From the NCBI GenBank assembly GCA_020891255.1, contig BQFW01000002.1:2108001-2172000 (forward strand): 64,000 nt of DNA. The letters run 5' to 3'. Source of the DNA: Entomortierella parvispora E1425. Its lineage: Eukaryota; Fungi; Mortierellomycota. Numbering within the stretch: position 1 is the stretch's first letter; every line of letters starts with the position of its first letter. This document shows, piece after piece, positions 12,561 through 24,774 of this stretch. The position numbers and the translations under genes were made by a program. The notes beneath the pieces were generated by a model. The model searched no databases. It was not told the origin of the DNA and saw only the letters and a list, made by a program, of their open reading frames with translations.

Positions 12561-13600
12561 CTCTCGGGAAGACGATTGTGAGACGATGAGAGCGTGTGTG
12601 TAACGGACGCGCACAGAGTTGTGGGTTGGGGAGAGAGCGAGGATTAGGCAAGAGGAAGAGAAGGAGGAGGAAGGGGAAGGAGTGCGAGAGAGAAAGAAAG
12701 GGGGACCAACGGAGCCAGTCAGCAAGGCAGTCAATCAGGAATCAGGAAGAAGAGAGAAGAGGAAAGAAACAAGGAGGAAGAAGGACGTTCTCTCCTTGGT
12801 CCATCCACCCGTCCGTTGGGCTGGTCTGGTCTGGCCTGGTCTGGAGGCGCTCTTCTGGCGGCCGTCTGGTTGGCTGGAGGGAGGGGGCACGGGCGGGCGG
12901 ACTGGAAAAAAAAAATTGTTTTTTTTTTTTTTTCATTTTTTCATTTTTCCCTCGCTCTCTGCTGGCTCTCTCTCTCGCTCTTGTCGATGGACGGAATGGA
13001 CGAACGGACGCCGCCCCACTCGATCGAGTGGACCAACCTGCTCTCGCCTCTTGCGGCCACTCGGCAGATCTTCCTCTTCTTTTTCTCTCCTCCATCTCTT
13101 ACATCTTCATGAACGTCACCATCCTGTTGCTGCCTCTTTGTCCCTCATCCCACTTCTCCTCTGTTCTTGCTTCCCCGCTGACGCATTCTCTCTTCATCCT
13201 ACAGATGCAACGACAAAAATAAAAAATATAAAAAAAAAATCCATTTCGACTTCCGCCTCCTCCATTCTGTCGATTCATTGCCTCATCAACAAAACGAGAA
13301 TGCAAAAGACAACTCAGTTCTTCATCGCACTCGTACCCTTTCTGTCTGTGGCTGCCTGCTTATCGACCTGTCAGTGTCAATCGGCTCGAGATTAAAAGAT
13401 AAAGTTGCGCCGCGCCCAGGCCACAGGACTGTAGATTTGTGTTCGTTGATGCCATCCACTCTGCGGAAGATTGGCAGAGAGCCTGGACCTGGCGCGGTGC
13501 CCCTGCAGCTCGGAAAATAAATATGCAGTGTATATGTTTTGGTCATTTCATTCTGTCGATCAGGCCTCCCATCTGTATTGTGGACGACCACTGACACCAT

Positions 13601-16144
13601 CTATCGTCTCGTCGGAATCTTGTATAGGCGATTGCCCAAGAAGAACCGATCCAGCTTGGGCAAATACACGAGCTGGTGTTCAACCAGAAACTGGAGTGCC
13701 ACCAATCGACCCACAGAAACGATTGGGGAATACCCATGGTTGGCCCCGGCAAAAAGAGGTCGCGGGGGGGAACCATGAAGCCCTGACAGGGCTCTCACCA
13801 GTAAAGGTGGTGGGGCAGGCGGGATCGGAGATGGCAATCCCTCCAAAAGTTCTGAGGGATGGTATATGGCGCCTCTGGAATGGGTCATTTTCCTTGATGC
13901 ATTCGAGAAGTTTGCGACTCCGACGAACGACTCTTTAGACTCATGAAGAAGGACAGGTGGCGATGCCTCGACAGCAAAGTAACCATTCGGACGATCCACT
14001 GAAGTTTTACCAAGTGCGGTACATGGGCTCAGATACTGAACTGGACTCGCACCAGTCTGCATTGTAGGCAGTAACGGCGAGGGTGAACGAGCTGGCCACA
14101 TCGAACTCATCGCGCCGCTCCCCAGCTGTGACAAAGATGACGTAAAAGCCATGCCACTACAGGTGTCGGAGGACCCAGAACTAAGACCCAACACTGACTT
14201 GGTCGAGGATACACGGTCTGAGAAGCCATGACTGCTGCTGCCATACCCACTCCCAGAGTCGGTTGATTCACAACTGAGAAGAAAGTCTTTAGAGCCATGC
14301 AGCGCGGTGGGATATGAGCCTGAGGAGTTGTTGCTGTTCCTTGATCCAGATCCAACTCCAGACATGCCTGAATCTGAGCCTGAGCTGGTGCTGGATCCAG
14401 GCTCTGTCAACGATCCACCAAAGTTGAGAGGTCGTGGTGACCAGTTACCCATGAACAGACTCTTTACAAACATTTGCATTACCGTCTCCTCCTCCATGTC
14501 CAGCGCATTCGCTCCTGAAAACTCTTGGATTTCGATCCGGAGCACCGTCAATGTTGAGGCGCTAGCCCAGCGTGGAACAAATGCAATCAGATCATCGAGT
14601 GGCAGAGGTACACTGGATTCGAACAGTTGCAGGTTGGGGCAACATTCTAATAAGTGACAACAGATCAGCGGCATCGCATCTGTGTGTTGTTCCTGTACAT
14701 CTTGATGCTTTTGCACTTTCAAAGTCTCTGGCATCGCCATGAAATCAGAACTACCATGATGGACCTGGAAAGAACGCGCTTGGATTTTCTGGCTATCAAA
14801 CACGGGTAGAGCTGATCTCTCGTTCAAACAGTAGGTCTCCTCTTGCGGCGCTATCGTTATTGATTGCAGTGGATAATCGACCAACTGAAAAGAGACCAAA
14901 TGGGGATGGTGATATTCCAAAAGAGTCTCCAAGAGCCCTGGAACCAGATTTGCAACACGGGTGTTGGAAGCAAAATGGGTCAGACGAGGGATCTTGCGCA
15001 CTGCGATTAGAAGCTGAGCTCGATCATACATGTCCGCGCCACCAAGTAATGACTCGCTGAGTACCAGTCCTGTAACCTGTGTAGCGTCTATCCACAACGC
15101 GCGAGTCAGTTCCAATATCATTGCTAGCAGCTGCGACACGGGAGGAGAGGGTGTGGAGAACGGCGAGGCAGAATCAATGGAATAATGCGCTTGTGTCGAC
15201 TCGGCGTCCTGGATAATACCCCGATCAGAGCCCGCACGAAACCCTGCCTGACAGCCGCCCTCACTGAGCTCTTTTTTTTGGGAACATCTGCTGGCATCCG
15301 CTACTGAATCTCCTCTTCTCTGGTAACGGCGGTGATGGAGTTGACGGTCACGATCGTCAACAGCATGTCCGATCAGAATCGCCTGTTTTTCGTAGAATAT
15401 ATCCTCCTTCCCATTCCCTGTAGATGCCCTTCCTCTTTCGCCACTTGAGATGTCGCCCCTTGATTTTAGTCGAAGATGCCTCATGTTTGAGTGTGATCCA
15501 AACGTGCCACTATTTCTATCATCCTGCGCTTTGGTTTGGGGATGACGATGATGACGACGGTGGGGTTGAAAATGGGCTTGCCCAGGTAAAGGTAAAGATA
15601 GGGCCAGTGATGGCAGAGCTTCCTTCTTCCAAGATCGGTCTATTCTTGATCGTCTCCTATTTGGGTTACTTTTCCGGTGATGGATTTGTCCTGTGCCGCT
15701 GTTATGGAAGGGACTGACACTGTGGAAGTTCCTGTGCGGCAAATTGGCTGTATCATTTGGAGTATTAACGGAGGTGGGGACAGCTCCAAAAAAATTCTTC
15801 AATGATGGCCCTTGGAGGGAGCTTTCCGTGGTCTTCAACGAGCTGTTGCTTGGTGCGATCTTCAATTGCTTCATCTGATGCCTCAAACTTCTGCTACTAC
15901 CACTTTCTTGGCGGTGACGGCCACAGTGATTCCTAATGTTTTCATGGCTGTTGAGGTTCTTTTGGTGACCGCGATGTTGTGAGTGAGCACAGTTGCCACC
16001 ATGGCCAAAGCTCAGTTGACGACAATGTTTCTTATCATGATTTTGCGTGACACTGACGTTACTACGAAGATTTTTTCGAGGGGAGCTTGCCTCGGGAATG
16101 GCGACACTCGCGGTCAAAGACTGTTCAGGACTCGGGCTTTGCAT
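13601..16144 (-). CDS. Uncharacterised 847-aa protein with a degenerate LRR/RNI-like C-terminal half (Mortierella F-box/LRR-family-like, no F-box seen)
   Basis: Single long ATG-initiated ORF. LLECCPNLQLF, WASASTLTVLRIEI and QLVYLPKLDRFFLG resemble the ends of fungal F-box/LRR proteins. The N-terminus is basic and low-complexity. Confidence 0.7.
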   Translation of the reverse strand: MQSPSPEQSLTASVAIPEASSPRKNLRSNVSVTQNHDKKHCRQLSFGHGGNCAHSQHRGHQKNLNSHENIRNHCGRHRQESGSSRSLRHQMKQLKIAPSNSSLKTTESSLQGPSLKNFFGAVPTSVNTPNDTANLPHRNFHSVSPFHNSGTGQIHHRKSNPNRRRSRIDRSWKKEALPSLALSLPLPGQAHFQPHRRHHRHPQTKAQDDRNSGTFGSHSNMRHLRLKSRGDISSGERGRASTGNGKEDIFYEKQAILIGHAVDDRDRQLHHRRYQRRGDSVADASRCSQKKELSEGGCQAGFRAGSDRGIIQDAESTQAHYSIDSASPFSTPSPPVSQLLAMILELTRALWIDATQVTGLVLSESLLGGADMYDRAQLLIAVRKIPRLTHFASNTRVANLVPGLLETLLEYHHPHLVSFQLVDYPLQSITIAPQEETYCLNERSALPVFDSQKIQARSFQVHHGSSDFMAMPETLKVQKHQDVQEQHTDAMPLICCHLLECCPNLQLFESSVPLPLDDLIAFVPRWASASTLTVLRIEIQEFSGANALDMEEETVMQMFVKSLFMGNWSPRPLNFGGSLTEPGSSTSSGSDSGMSGVGSGSRNSNNSSGSYPTALHGSKDFLLSCESTDSGSGYGSSSHGFSDRVSSTKSVLGLSSGSSDTCSGMAFTSSLSQLGSGAMSSMWPARSPSPLLPTMQTGASPVQYLSPCTALGKTSVDRPNGYFAVEASPPVLLHESKESFVGVANFSNASRKMTHSRGAIYHPSELLEGLPSPIPPAPPPLLVRALSGLHGSPPRPLFAGANHGYSPIVSVGRLVALQFLVEHQLVYLPKLDRFFLGNRLYKIPTRR

Positions 16145-16648
16145 AGCTTGACTGTAAGACGCAAGATGCCTTTCTGCTTCGACAAGATCACCCGTTGTGC
16201 GGGATGGACCTCCAGGAGCTGTTTGCTATGACTATGTTGATCGACCCCTTGCGTTCATAGACACGGCCTGGCCTTTTTATACTGATTTTTTTTTCTCTGG
16301 GAAAATATCGAATTGAGGGGCTTGACGGTGGACAGGCGAGTTGCGACACCAACAGAGATGGAGGATAACAATGAACAGAACCCAATCTATTCGTCACATC
16401 CTCATTGACAGGTCAGACTAAACGATTTTCTGCGATCGACATCATCGTTTTGCGACAAAGTAGTTTCTTTTTTTGGTCTTTCGGTCTAACCTTTTTGGAC
16501 GAGGCTGGCTCTACGATTAGCAATGAAGATCGAGGACAGAAGAGCTGTATTCTCGTTGAGGGAGAGAGGAAGGAGACAGGAGATGCAAACAGGAGGCAGG
16601 AGAAAGTTTTGCCAGGGCAAGAAGAAGACAGAAGGGAGGCGGGAGTAA

Positions 16649-16690
16649 GGCAAGAGGAAGGCAAGAGGAAGGCAAGAGGAAGCCAAGAGG
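16649..16690 (+). repeat. 11-bp tandem repeat GGCAAGAGGAA x3 plus a partial copy
   Basis: Read directly, in the purine-rich intergenic region upstream of the 847-aa gene. Confidence 0.8.
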
Positions 16691-17514
16691 TATGAAAAGG
16701 AGTGCGAAAATGAGTGTGCGAGGAAGGGAGATGAAAAAACGAAAGAGAGTGCGAGAGAGGTTGGAGAGTTGTGAGGTGGATGTCTGGGGGTGCAGCAATT
16801 GCTACATTCATATATGTTCCATCAAAAGTGCGAGAGAGAGACAGAGCCAGCAAGCGAACGATATCAAGAGAAGAACGGAAAAAGCAGACCTGGGGCAGAA
16901 GATGAAGGATGCCACGCAGACAATGGTGGACAGCAAAGTGGGCACAAGGGCACACAACAGCTCAATCCCGCCCAAGAAAACCGGCTTTGCCGAAGCCCAG
17001 AACCGCTTTTGGGGCAAAGCGTGTGATGATTCGGCAGTCGCAAAGTAAAATCGTCCAAAGAGGAACCTCAGTCTAGACCGATGCTCTGCTCCCCTTCCCC
17101 CAAACCCCAAGCAACCACAGAGTGGATCCATGTCATTCCCACACCGATCACTCTGCACTTTGTTTGAAGCAGTCGACTGTGCATACGAGCATGCAGCCAG
17201 AATCAGCGTCGCGTCTCTTCAACTCGCTCGCGAATCTCTATAATATCAAAGAGAAAAGTTTCAGTTTCTGAAGGTCATTTTGCAGGCACAACCTTCGTCG
17301 TCCAGCATTTCGCGTTACTGCAAGATAATCGGCGTCATTACTCTCCTAGGCCTCTGGGAAAACTTATTGCCAGAAGGACCCCTCTCGTCTCCTTCCTCTT
17401 TCTCCTTGGAAAAATAATGACCACGAATTGGTATATAGTCTGTCTTTTCTCTCCCCTTTCTCATCAACCTCTTCACCCAACTCTTCCTCACTGCACATTA
17501 TTCCAATCAAGAAA

Positions 17515-18374
17515 ATGAAAATGCTCGTGAAAGCAATCTGTCTATCGGTCGCATCGGCTTCGTTTGTGATGTCCACATTGCCACCTCCCTCATCGAAAAC
17601 GACTTCTCCAGAAAAGGACAAGATTAAGAATGAAGGCCCTCTTATAACAAACTTCGCAGCCACATTCTTGCCCAACATCATAGCTTTTGGAAACGCTCTC
17701 GAGACGGCGCTATATCTCTTTCTCATCACTCGACCGAACAGTCGTTCGAGCTACGAGACTCAACGTGAATTTGATGCCATCCAGCGGCTGAAGGTTCTAA
17801 GGACTTGGCACGTTGTTGCAGCTCTCTTGGCTCTGGCTGGTGGCTGGTTCAGAAGATGGTCGTTTGCGACGTTGGGTCGCTTTTTCACCGTAAGTTTGGA
17901 TCAACACCAATCGCGCTCAACACCAATCACTTTCTCCTTGCTAACTTGCCCTTATATTTCGTCAAGTTTCAACTTACAATCCGCTCAAGACACAAGCTTG
18001 TCCAAAGCGGGCCATACAAGTATCTTCGCCATCCCTCCTACACTGGTGCCCTGTTGGTCACTGCGATGGCGAATGTGATTCTTCTTCAAGAGGGTCTTTG
18101 GGATGTATTTATTGCTATGGGAGCCCACTATAGTCAGCAATATCTTGTCCCGATGTTCCCAAGCCTGCCATCGCTGGTTAGAATCTTGCCGCTCTGGCAA
18201 ACGCTGACCGGACCTAACGGGGGGGCAGCGTTCACGGCGCTGGTGATGTTGAGCTTCGTGGGGGCTTTAGCGAAGAGAGTCAAGAGTGAAGAGGAGATGC
18301 TCAAGGGTCATTTTCAAAAGGAGTGGGATGACTATGCCAGTCGGCGATGGCGCTTTGTGCCATTCCTCTACTGA
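17515..18374 (+). CDS. Isoprenylcysteine carboxyl methyltransferase (ICMT/PEMT)-family membrane protein, ~260 aa
   Basis: Exons 17515-17889 and 17967-18374, joined by a GTAAGT...CTAAC...AAG intron. Motifs GRFFT|FQLTI...HKLVQSGPYKYLRHPSYTG and EEEMLKGHFQKEWDDYASRRWRFVPFLY. Confidence 0.9.
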
Positions 18375-18963
18375 CTGAATGGTTGCTTTAGCAAAATGGG
18401 GGGATTGAGAGCTCTTCTTACATCTGCTGAATGGCATTTCGCGATAAAAATAAATCAGAAGAATTTGCTCTCTGTTATTATTGTAGCCCGAATAATGTTC
18501 GCGCTTCGTGTTAGAATTAACAGGAACAAGTGTCATGGACGAGACAAAATCGCGACAAGCTGACAGAAGAGAACTCGTTAGTATCCTCAATTATAAGCTG
18601 TGTTCTCAAGGCAATCAGCAGACAACTCTGATCTCGTTGCCTGACCTGCAGTATCTCGGCGTGGAGTTCAAAAAACGAATAATGATAATAGCATTGGGTT
18701 TGAATTTGCTGCTCAAGATCGAACTAGCGTGGCCAGCATGCCATCCTACTAGAATCCAATTTGGCTATCACCTCCCTTGACGAAATAGCTCAACGCTACT
18801 TCTTTTATTTCTTCACATCCCTTTCTTACTCTCTTTCTCCCTCTTTTGTAGCTATTCCTCCACTTTCATCTCGAATATCCACCTTCACTTGGACCACGTC
18901 CCAGATCTCTATCAAGCTTTCTTACGCCCCCTTCCTCTTAATTAACGAACACCACCAACAACC

Positions 18964-19656
18964 ATGCATCTTTCCATTGCCACCTTTTCTCTCTCTCTCA
19001 TCGGTGCAGCTTTGGCCCAGCAGGCGTAGGATATTCAATTCACACATATCGTCTTGCCTCCACCCATACACCTTCTAACGTCAACTGTCATAACGAACAG
19101 ATTCCCTATCGCACCTGTTGCCGAAACTGTCTGGACTTCAGGTGAGTACCATCAACATCATACTTTGAACAAACCTTTTTATTTCTGACCAAATACCTTC
19201 TATATTTTAGGTGGAGCTGCCACCGTTCAGTGGAAACTGAACCCCCCAGCAGTCAAAACTGGTTTGGATGTCGAGTTGTACAAGGGAGATCCCGCTCATC
19301 AAACCTTGGTTTCCAAACTGGGAACAGGTGCCCCTGGAGGAACAAGTCTCAAGGTCACAATCCCTCCAAAGTTGAACTCTGACTGGTATTCTGTCAGAGT
19401 TGGTGACTCTTACTCCCACTACTTTATCATCAAGGGAGTTGGAGCTGCCCCTACTGGCCCTGCTCCCACTTCAGGCTCGAATGCCACATCGTCTATTACC
19501 GCACCAACCGCTACCAGTAGCCGAGCTGTGACATCAACCCCCTCCACGACAGCAACCACCAAGGCCGCAAGCGGTGCCCTGAGCGGATACACCACTTCAG
19601 AACCTCTGGCGATGTTTGCTGCTGCTGCAGTTGTGGCTTTGACCCATGCTTTTTAA
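18964..19656 (+). CDS. Secreted, probably GPI-anchored Ser/Thr-rich protein (Kre9/Knh1-like N-terminal beta domain), ~182 aa
   Basis: Exons 18964-19025, 19101-19141 and 19211-19656 are in frame. Signal peptide MHLSIATFSLSLIGAALAQ, then PIAPVAETVWTSGGAATVQW, an S/T-rich stalk and a hydrophobic C-terminus. Confidence 0.85.
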
Positions 19657-19886
19657 TATAAGAAATACTTTGCTGAAGAATATAAAAATAAATGAAGTTG
19701 GAAAGGTCATGGTAGCACAAAGTAAGATGCTGAATGACACGCGATTACCCAGAAACGAAGGTGGCGTCAAACTGTTGTCCCCGCCCTTGCCACTACCCGC
19801 TATATAAATTATCAGCGGTGGACACTTTGCTCTTTTTCTTCTCCCTTATTCTTAACCCAGCTCCCATTTTGTTTCTTGTTTTCGTG

Positions 19887-20303
19887 ATGGGCGCCTCTTT
19901 CTCAAGGTCTCCCGGTGAAACTACTCATCAGCAGGAGCACTCTCGCTTGACGCAGCCCAACACCAACACCAACACCAACACAGGCCGCGCCTCCCCCACC
20001 ATCAACAGCCCTCATGAAGAATTCCACCCTCCTTATCCGCGTCCATCCAAGCAAGCGCTCTATCAGCGTCAGCTCGAAATGGACCAAGAGCTGGCTCGCT
20101 CCATGGCAGAGATTAGAATGGCCTCTGGTCAGGTCCACAATCAGCAAGTTGCGGCAATGAACCAACATGCAATCGATCTTGCCATCCAAGCATCTTTGGA
20201 GCAGCAGCATGATCAATATCACTACCTCCATCAACGGCAGCAGCCAGTCTCTGACGTGACTATGGACATGATCCGAGAGAGTTCTGGTACTCACCTGCTT
20301 TAG
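19887..20303 (+). CDS. Small hypothetical protein (138 aa) with an N-myristoylation motif and a UIM-like motif
   Basis: ATG ORF beginning MGASFS (G2, S6). Contains DLAIQASLEQ. A CT-rich leader and TATATAAA lie upstream. Confidence 0.65.
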   Translation: MGASFSRSPGETTHQQEHSRLTQPNTNTNTNTGRASPTINSPHEEFHPPYPRPSKQALYQRQLEMDQELARSMAEIRMASGQVHNQQVAAMNQHAIDLAIQASLEQQHDQYHYLHQRQQPVSDVTMDMIRESSGTHLL

Positions 20304-20468
20304 TCGCAGGATCCTTTCTAAAAATATACCCCGTCGTCAGCTTTCCGCTGTCAACACAGCATGGACAAGTCGCCAAAGAATAAAAAAAAAAGGGCTGAAA
20401 GAAAGTTGCAAGTGCTCTTCAATCAATGCTCACACTCCATGTGTAAATTGCCACCAAACCACAAATGC

Positions 20469-20497
20469 GTGACGTCACCTGCTATAAATCACGTGAT
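20469..20497. promoter_or_regulatory. Paired palindromic motifs upstream of POL5: GTGACGTCAC (CRE-like) and ATCACGTGAT (E-box)
   Basis: Two perfect 10-bp palindromes at 20469-20478 and 20488-20497, about 200 bp upstream of the ATG. Confidence 0.55.
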
Positions 20498-20696
20498 ATC
20501 AAAGTTAAGAGCAGTCCAAAAGTAGTCACGATTGTTGACTTTTTTCTTTTTCTTTTTTTCATCCTCAAGCTCTTGCTCGAAGCAGGACAGACCCTATTAT
20601 CCTCAGAGGCACCTTCACAATCTCATTCATTTCATCTTTTCTCTGCATCGTCCTCGTCACTCGCTCTCTCCTCTCACATCCCCTCCCTTTCCAGAG

Positions 20697-23600
20697 ATGA
20701 GTCAACCACATTTGCCTCTCTTTGGCATCTTGGCATCCCTTGATGCCGACGAGCGAAATGCTGCTGCTCTGACCCTCATCAAGTCCCTGGCTGTATTGCA
20801 GAACTCTCACAAGTGCGACCTTGACCCCACAGCAGAGGAGATCACAGAGGAACGTCTGGACCTTCTGTGCCATCCCGAAGTTGTCTATGCTCTTAAGCGT
20901 CTCATCAGAGGTCTTCCCAGTGATCGCGAGGCTGCTCGTCAGGGCTTTTCTTTGGCGTTGACCGAGGTATGCCTCTTTGATCCGGATATTAGGACTGGAT
21001 CTACATCGAGAGGGTCTTTTTCTTGGTTATTAACTTTTTCAATCGGTTTCTTTAACCTTATAGCTTTTGATCGGCTTGAACTTCTTGTCAGCGAAGATTG
21101 TCCTGGAGCTGTTGTTTAGATTCACAGAGATCAAGGCCTTCATGAAGGGCAAGGTAAACAGAACACTCTACCACTGACAATTTTGTAGCTTCTTGTGGTG
21201 TTGCTTCATTCAACTGACGCCCCCCTTTTTCACTTTAACAGGAAGAACGAAACCATATGTTCGGCCGTATCTTTGGTTATATGAGCATTGTTCAGTCAGG
21301 GATGCTTACTCGCCCACACACAACTGCAGAGGATATTCAGCTCATCGTTGACGATCTTGTTGAATACTCTCAAGAAAAGTCATATCTGTCCGAGTGCTGT
21401 CACCAAGTCATTGTCAACATGTTGCCTCATGTAAGTTTGGAGGAAGTCATATTGTGTCCCCCTACACTACTTGATCCAGCTAGCCACTAACGACCCATCT
21501 GACTACATCTAGATTGTCAAGCACCCAAAGTCCATCAAATACATCGTCGACACACTCTTCGAAGGCGGTGTGAACACCCCAGATCAGCTTAATGTTGCCA
21601 TGACTCTGAAGCAGCACCTGGATGAGGTCAACAGCGAGTTGCCTGCTGACGAGAAAATCAACTGGACAAAGGCTCTCGGAAAGTCATGGAAGAACCCCGT
21701 TATCCTTCACTCCTCCAACCTGAAATTCCTCGCCCTCTTGCTTAAGGAGACTTCCTCTGAAGAGGGATCTCAAGCTTCTTCCAGCTGGAGACAGAACTTG
21801 CACCCAGTCTGGGACCGTGTCCTTGCCTTTTACTTTGATCCTTCAACTGCATCATCGACAGCCATCGCTCCTTTCCATGACTTCTGGAACGTTGTCATTG
21901 ACAGTAAGTCTCTTACTTTATATTCTTTGCAAATGCTTGAAGGCTCACCTTATTAACACCATTCTATCCACTTTATCCATTCTCGCAGCTTCTTTGTTTG
22001 ACTCCAGCTCATCTCACGAGCGCAAATTCTGGGGATTCCAGATTTTTGAAAAGGTGTTGCCCGTGCTCGGAGAGGACCAGATCCCACTCGTTTTCACCGC
22101 AAACTTCATGCGCTGTTTCGTCAACAACTTGTCAAGTGAGGATCGATTCTTGAACAAAGCTGCCAAGCACACCATGGCTGCCATGCACGCCAAGGCCGAT
22201 ACCAACGAAGCTGTCCGATTGACTTTGATCACCCAGTTGCTGGACAAGAACCCCAACTTTGACAAAATGTCCCGCTCCAAGACTGTCGAGACTCTTTTGG
22301 GTGGCTTGGACGTCTCCCATATCCAGCACTATCTCCAGTACTTGACCAAGGCTTTCTTGCAACAGGATGGACCTGATTCGAGCAGCATGGAGCGTGGAAA
22401 GCGCATTGACATCTCCAGACAGTGGACCGTTGACCAAATGTTTTCGCTGTTCCGCAACTCAAAGGTCCCTCGTGAGGAGGGCTGGATCAAGTCTATTCTC
22501 GAGTTTCTCCTTATCCATGCCTTCTTCAATATCAAGAAGGCTGACTCCAAGAGCAAGTATATGGAGGCACACTCCTTGCCTGCCCCCGCCCTCTCGACTG
22601 CCACCCGCGAGCACTGCAAGACTCGCTTCTACAGCATGATGGCCGAGTTGTCAACCATGGCCCCATTGGCGTCCAAGAAGGAGACGGACGAGGCCGAGAC
22701 TGTCAGCTACAGCCGCAAGCTGAACGGCACCATGCTGGATGGAACCTTCTGGTGCTCATTTGCCCTCAGCATGATGGTTGACTTGGAGAAGAGCAAGAAC
22801 TTTGAGGCTCTGACAGTTCTCAGCGATGAGGCCGCCAAGGCCAAGAAGACAGCTTTGTCACTCGTTACCAAGATTCAGGAAAAGTCGAAGAAGGCGTCCA
22901 AGGAGCTCCGCTCTCAGTACAAGGCGTTTGAGCTTCTGTTTGTCCAAATGATTCTTCAATTGAACGTCGAAGCCGAGGATTCGACAAACATCTTGGGAGA
23001 GTTGCACGATTGTTACGACAAGGTCTTCGCTGCCGGTTCCAAGAAGGCCAACGGCAAGAAGGCTTCAAGCAAGGACGAGGAGGACGAGGAAGAGCTCCAG
23101 CCCGTTGAGGTTATTATCGATATTTTGCTGAGTTTCTTGATCAAGCCTTCGGCCCTTTTGCGCCATGTTTCCGAGCAAGTCTTTGTCATCTTTTGCGATA
23201 AAATGACCAAGACTGGATTGGAGCTCATGCTCTCCACCCTCCAGACCAAGGACAACAAGGACGATATGTTTGGAGAGGAGGAGGATGAGGATGCCGAGGC
23301 CGATGCCCACAACCAGTCTGATGATGATGAGGACTCTGACTCCGAGGGTGATGATTCCTCGGATGTGGAGATGGACGATGTTGAAGAAGAAGAGCAGGAG
23401 GTTGATGCAGAGTTAAGACGCAAGATTGCCGAGGCCCTGAAGGTTAAGGACCCTAAGGAGGACGATGCCGAGTCTTCAGAGGAGGAGCTCTTGGATGACG
23501 ACCAGATGACGATGTTTGACGAGAAGTTGGAGGAGATCTTTAGACAAAAGAAGTTGGCCAAGTCCCAGCAGAAGGATGCCAAGCAGACGTTGATCCACTT

Positions 23601-24774
23601 CAAGAACAAGGTCTTGGATTTGCTGGAGCTGTACATCAAGAAGCAGCCTAGCAATGAGCTCGTTCTCGAGATGATTGTGCCTCTTCTGTCCCTTGTCCTC
23701 ATACCCTCGGCGAGCAACAAGCCCGTCCACGACAAGGTCTCTTCGCTTCTCCACACCAAGCTGGCCAAGATTAAGGACTACCCCCGTGAGTGCGATGATG
23801 AGCATGTCTTTGAGATCTTGAGCCAGGTTCACGAGCTCGCCAAGAAGTCTCCTGATGCCAAGTTCTCTGGACTCTGTGGTGAGCTTTCACTCCTCCTGGT
23901 CAAGGTCTTGATTGGAGGACAGGACGAGAAGACGGCTGTCGGCGAGACTAAGGCCGCCCCTGTGAAGAAGTCGCGCGGCAAGGCCGCCGCCAAGGGAGCC
24001 AGTGCCGTGGATCCTGCCGAGGCTGCATTGAAGGCTAAGCAAGATAGAATCATCGAGCTCTACACCTCTGGTTTGAAGGAGTTTATGACTCGTAAGAACT
24101 CAAACCTCTCAGCCAAGATGTTCTTGGAGTTTATTGATCGATTCCCTCATCTGGCATGGCATCTCTCGAGCACCTTGCTCGAGTACACCTCCCCCAAGAC
24201 AACCGTCAAGTCCTTCCGACAGGCCATGGCATTCAACATGCTCTCTGCTCTCGTCAAGCGCTTGGCCAACAAGAACACTCCTGAGTTTGAGCAGTTGTTC
24301 TTGGAGACTTTGCCTTTGATTCGCAACTCTTTGATCGAAACATTCGAGGGTGCCTTTGCCACCGAGGCTGAGGTTGAAGGAGAGACCGCTACTCCTTCCA
24401 GAGGCTTGAACGTTGCCCGTCTTCGTGAAATCCTCAAGTTCGCCATTCTCTCCGCCAGGATGGCGAAGCGTAGCAGCCAGGACGATACCGAGAAGATGAC
24501 ACAAATCTGGGAGACAGCCAAGCTGGGACCCCTGTTGAAGCAAGTGAGCGAGGATGTTCGGTTCAACAGCGGAGCACTCCGCAACTTGATCCAGCAGATG
24601 TTGGCTTTGATCGGAAGTGACATTAAATTGCAAACAGGATCAAGCAAGAAGCAAGAGAAGATGGAGAAGCGAAAGAGGGAGCTCGAAGCCGCAACTAATG
24701 GATCAAAAAAGAAGACCCATCGGTCCAAAAAGCGCAAGACATCCTCTTCAAAGGAAGAGTCAACGGAGGCATAA
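20697..24774 (+). CDS. POL5: DNA polymerase phi / Pol5 / MYBBP1A family nucleolar protein
   Basis: N-terminal YALKRLIRGLPSDREAARQGFSLALTE, FGRIFG, FWGFQIF, FMRCFVNNL, an acidic central region, HFKNKVLDLLE and a Lys-rich C-terminal NLS. Multiple GT-AG introns between 20968 and 21988. Confidence 0.95.

Noticed and set aside
12596-13395. 208- and 258-aa ORFs upstream of the PH gene
   Set aside because: They are translations of purine- and pyrimidine-rich promoter or UTR sequence (poly-K/F/R) with non-ATG starts.
18530-18700. Short stretch (RQNRDKLTEENS...CSISAW) vaguely like a hAT transposase dimerisation end
   Set aside because: Too few matching residues and no supporting flanking sequence.
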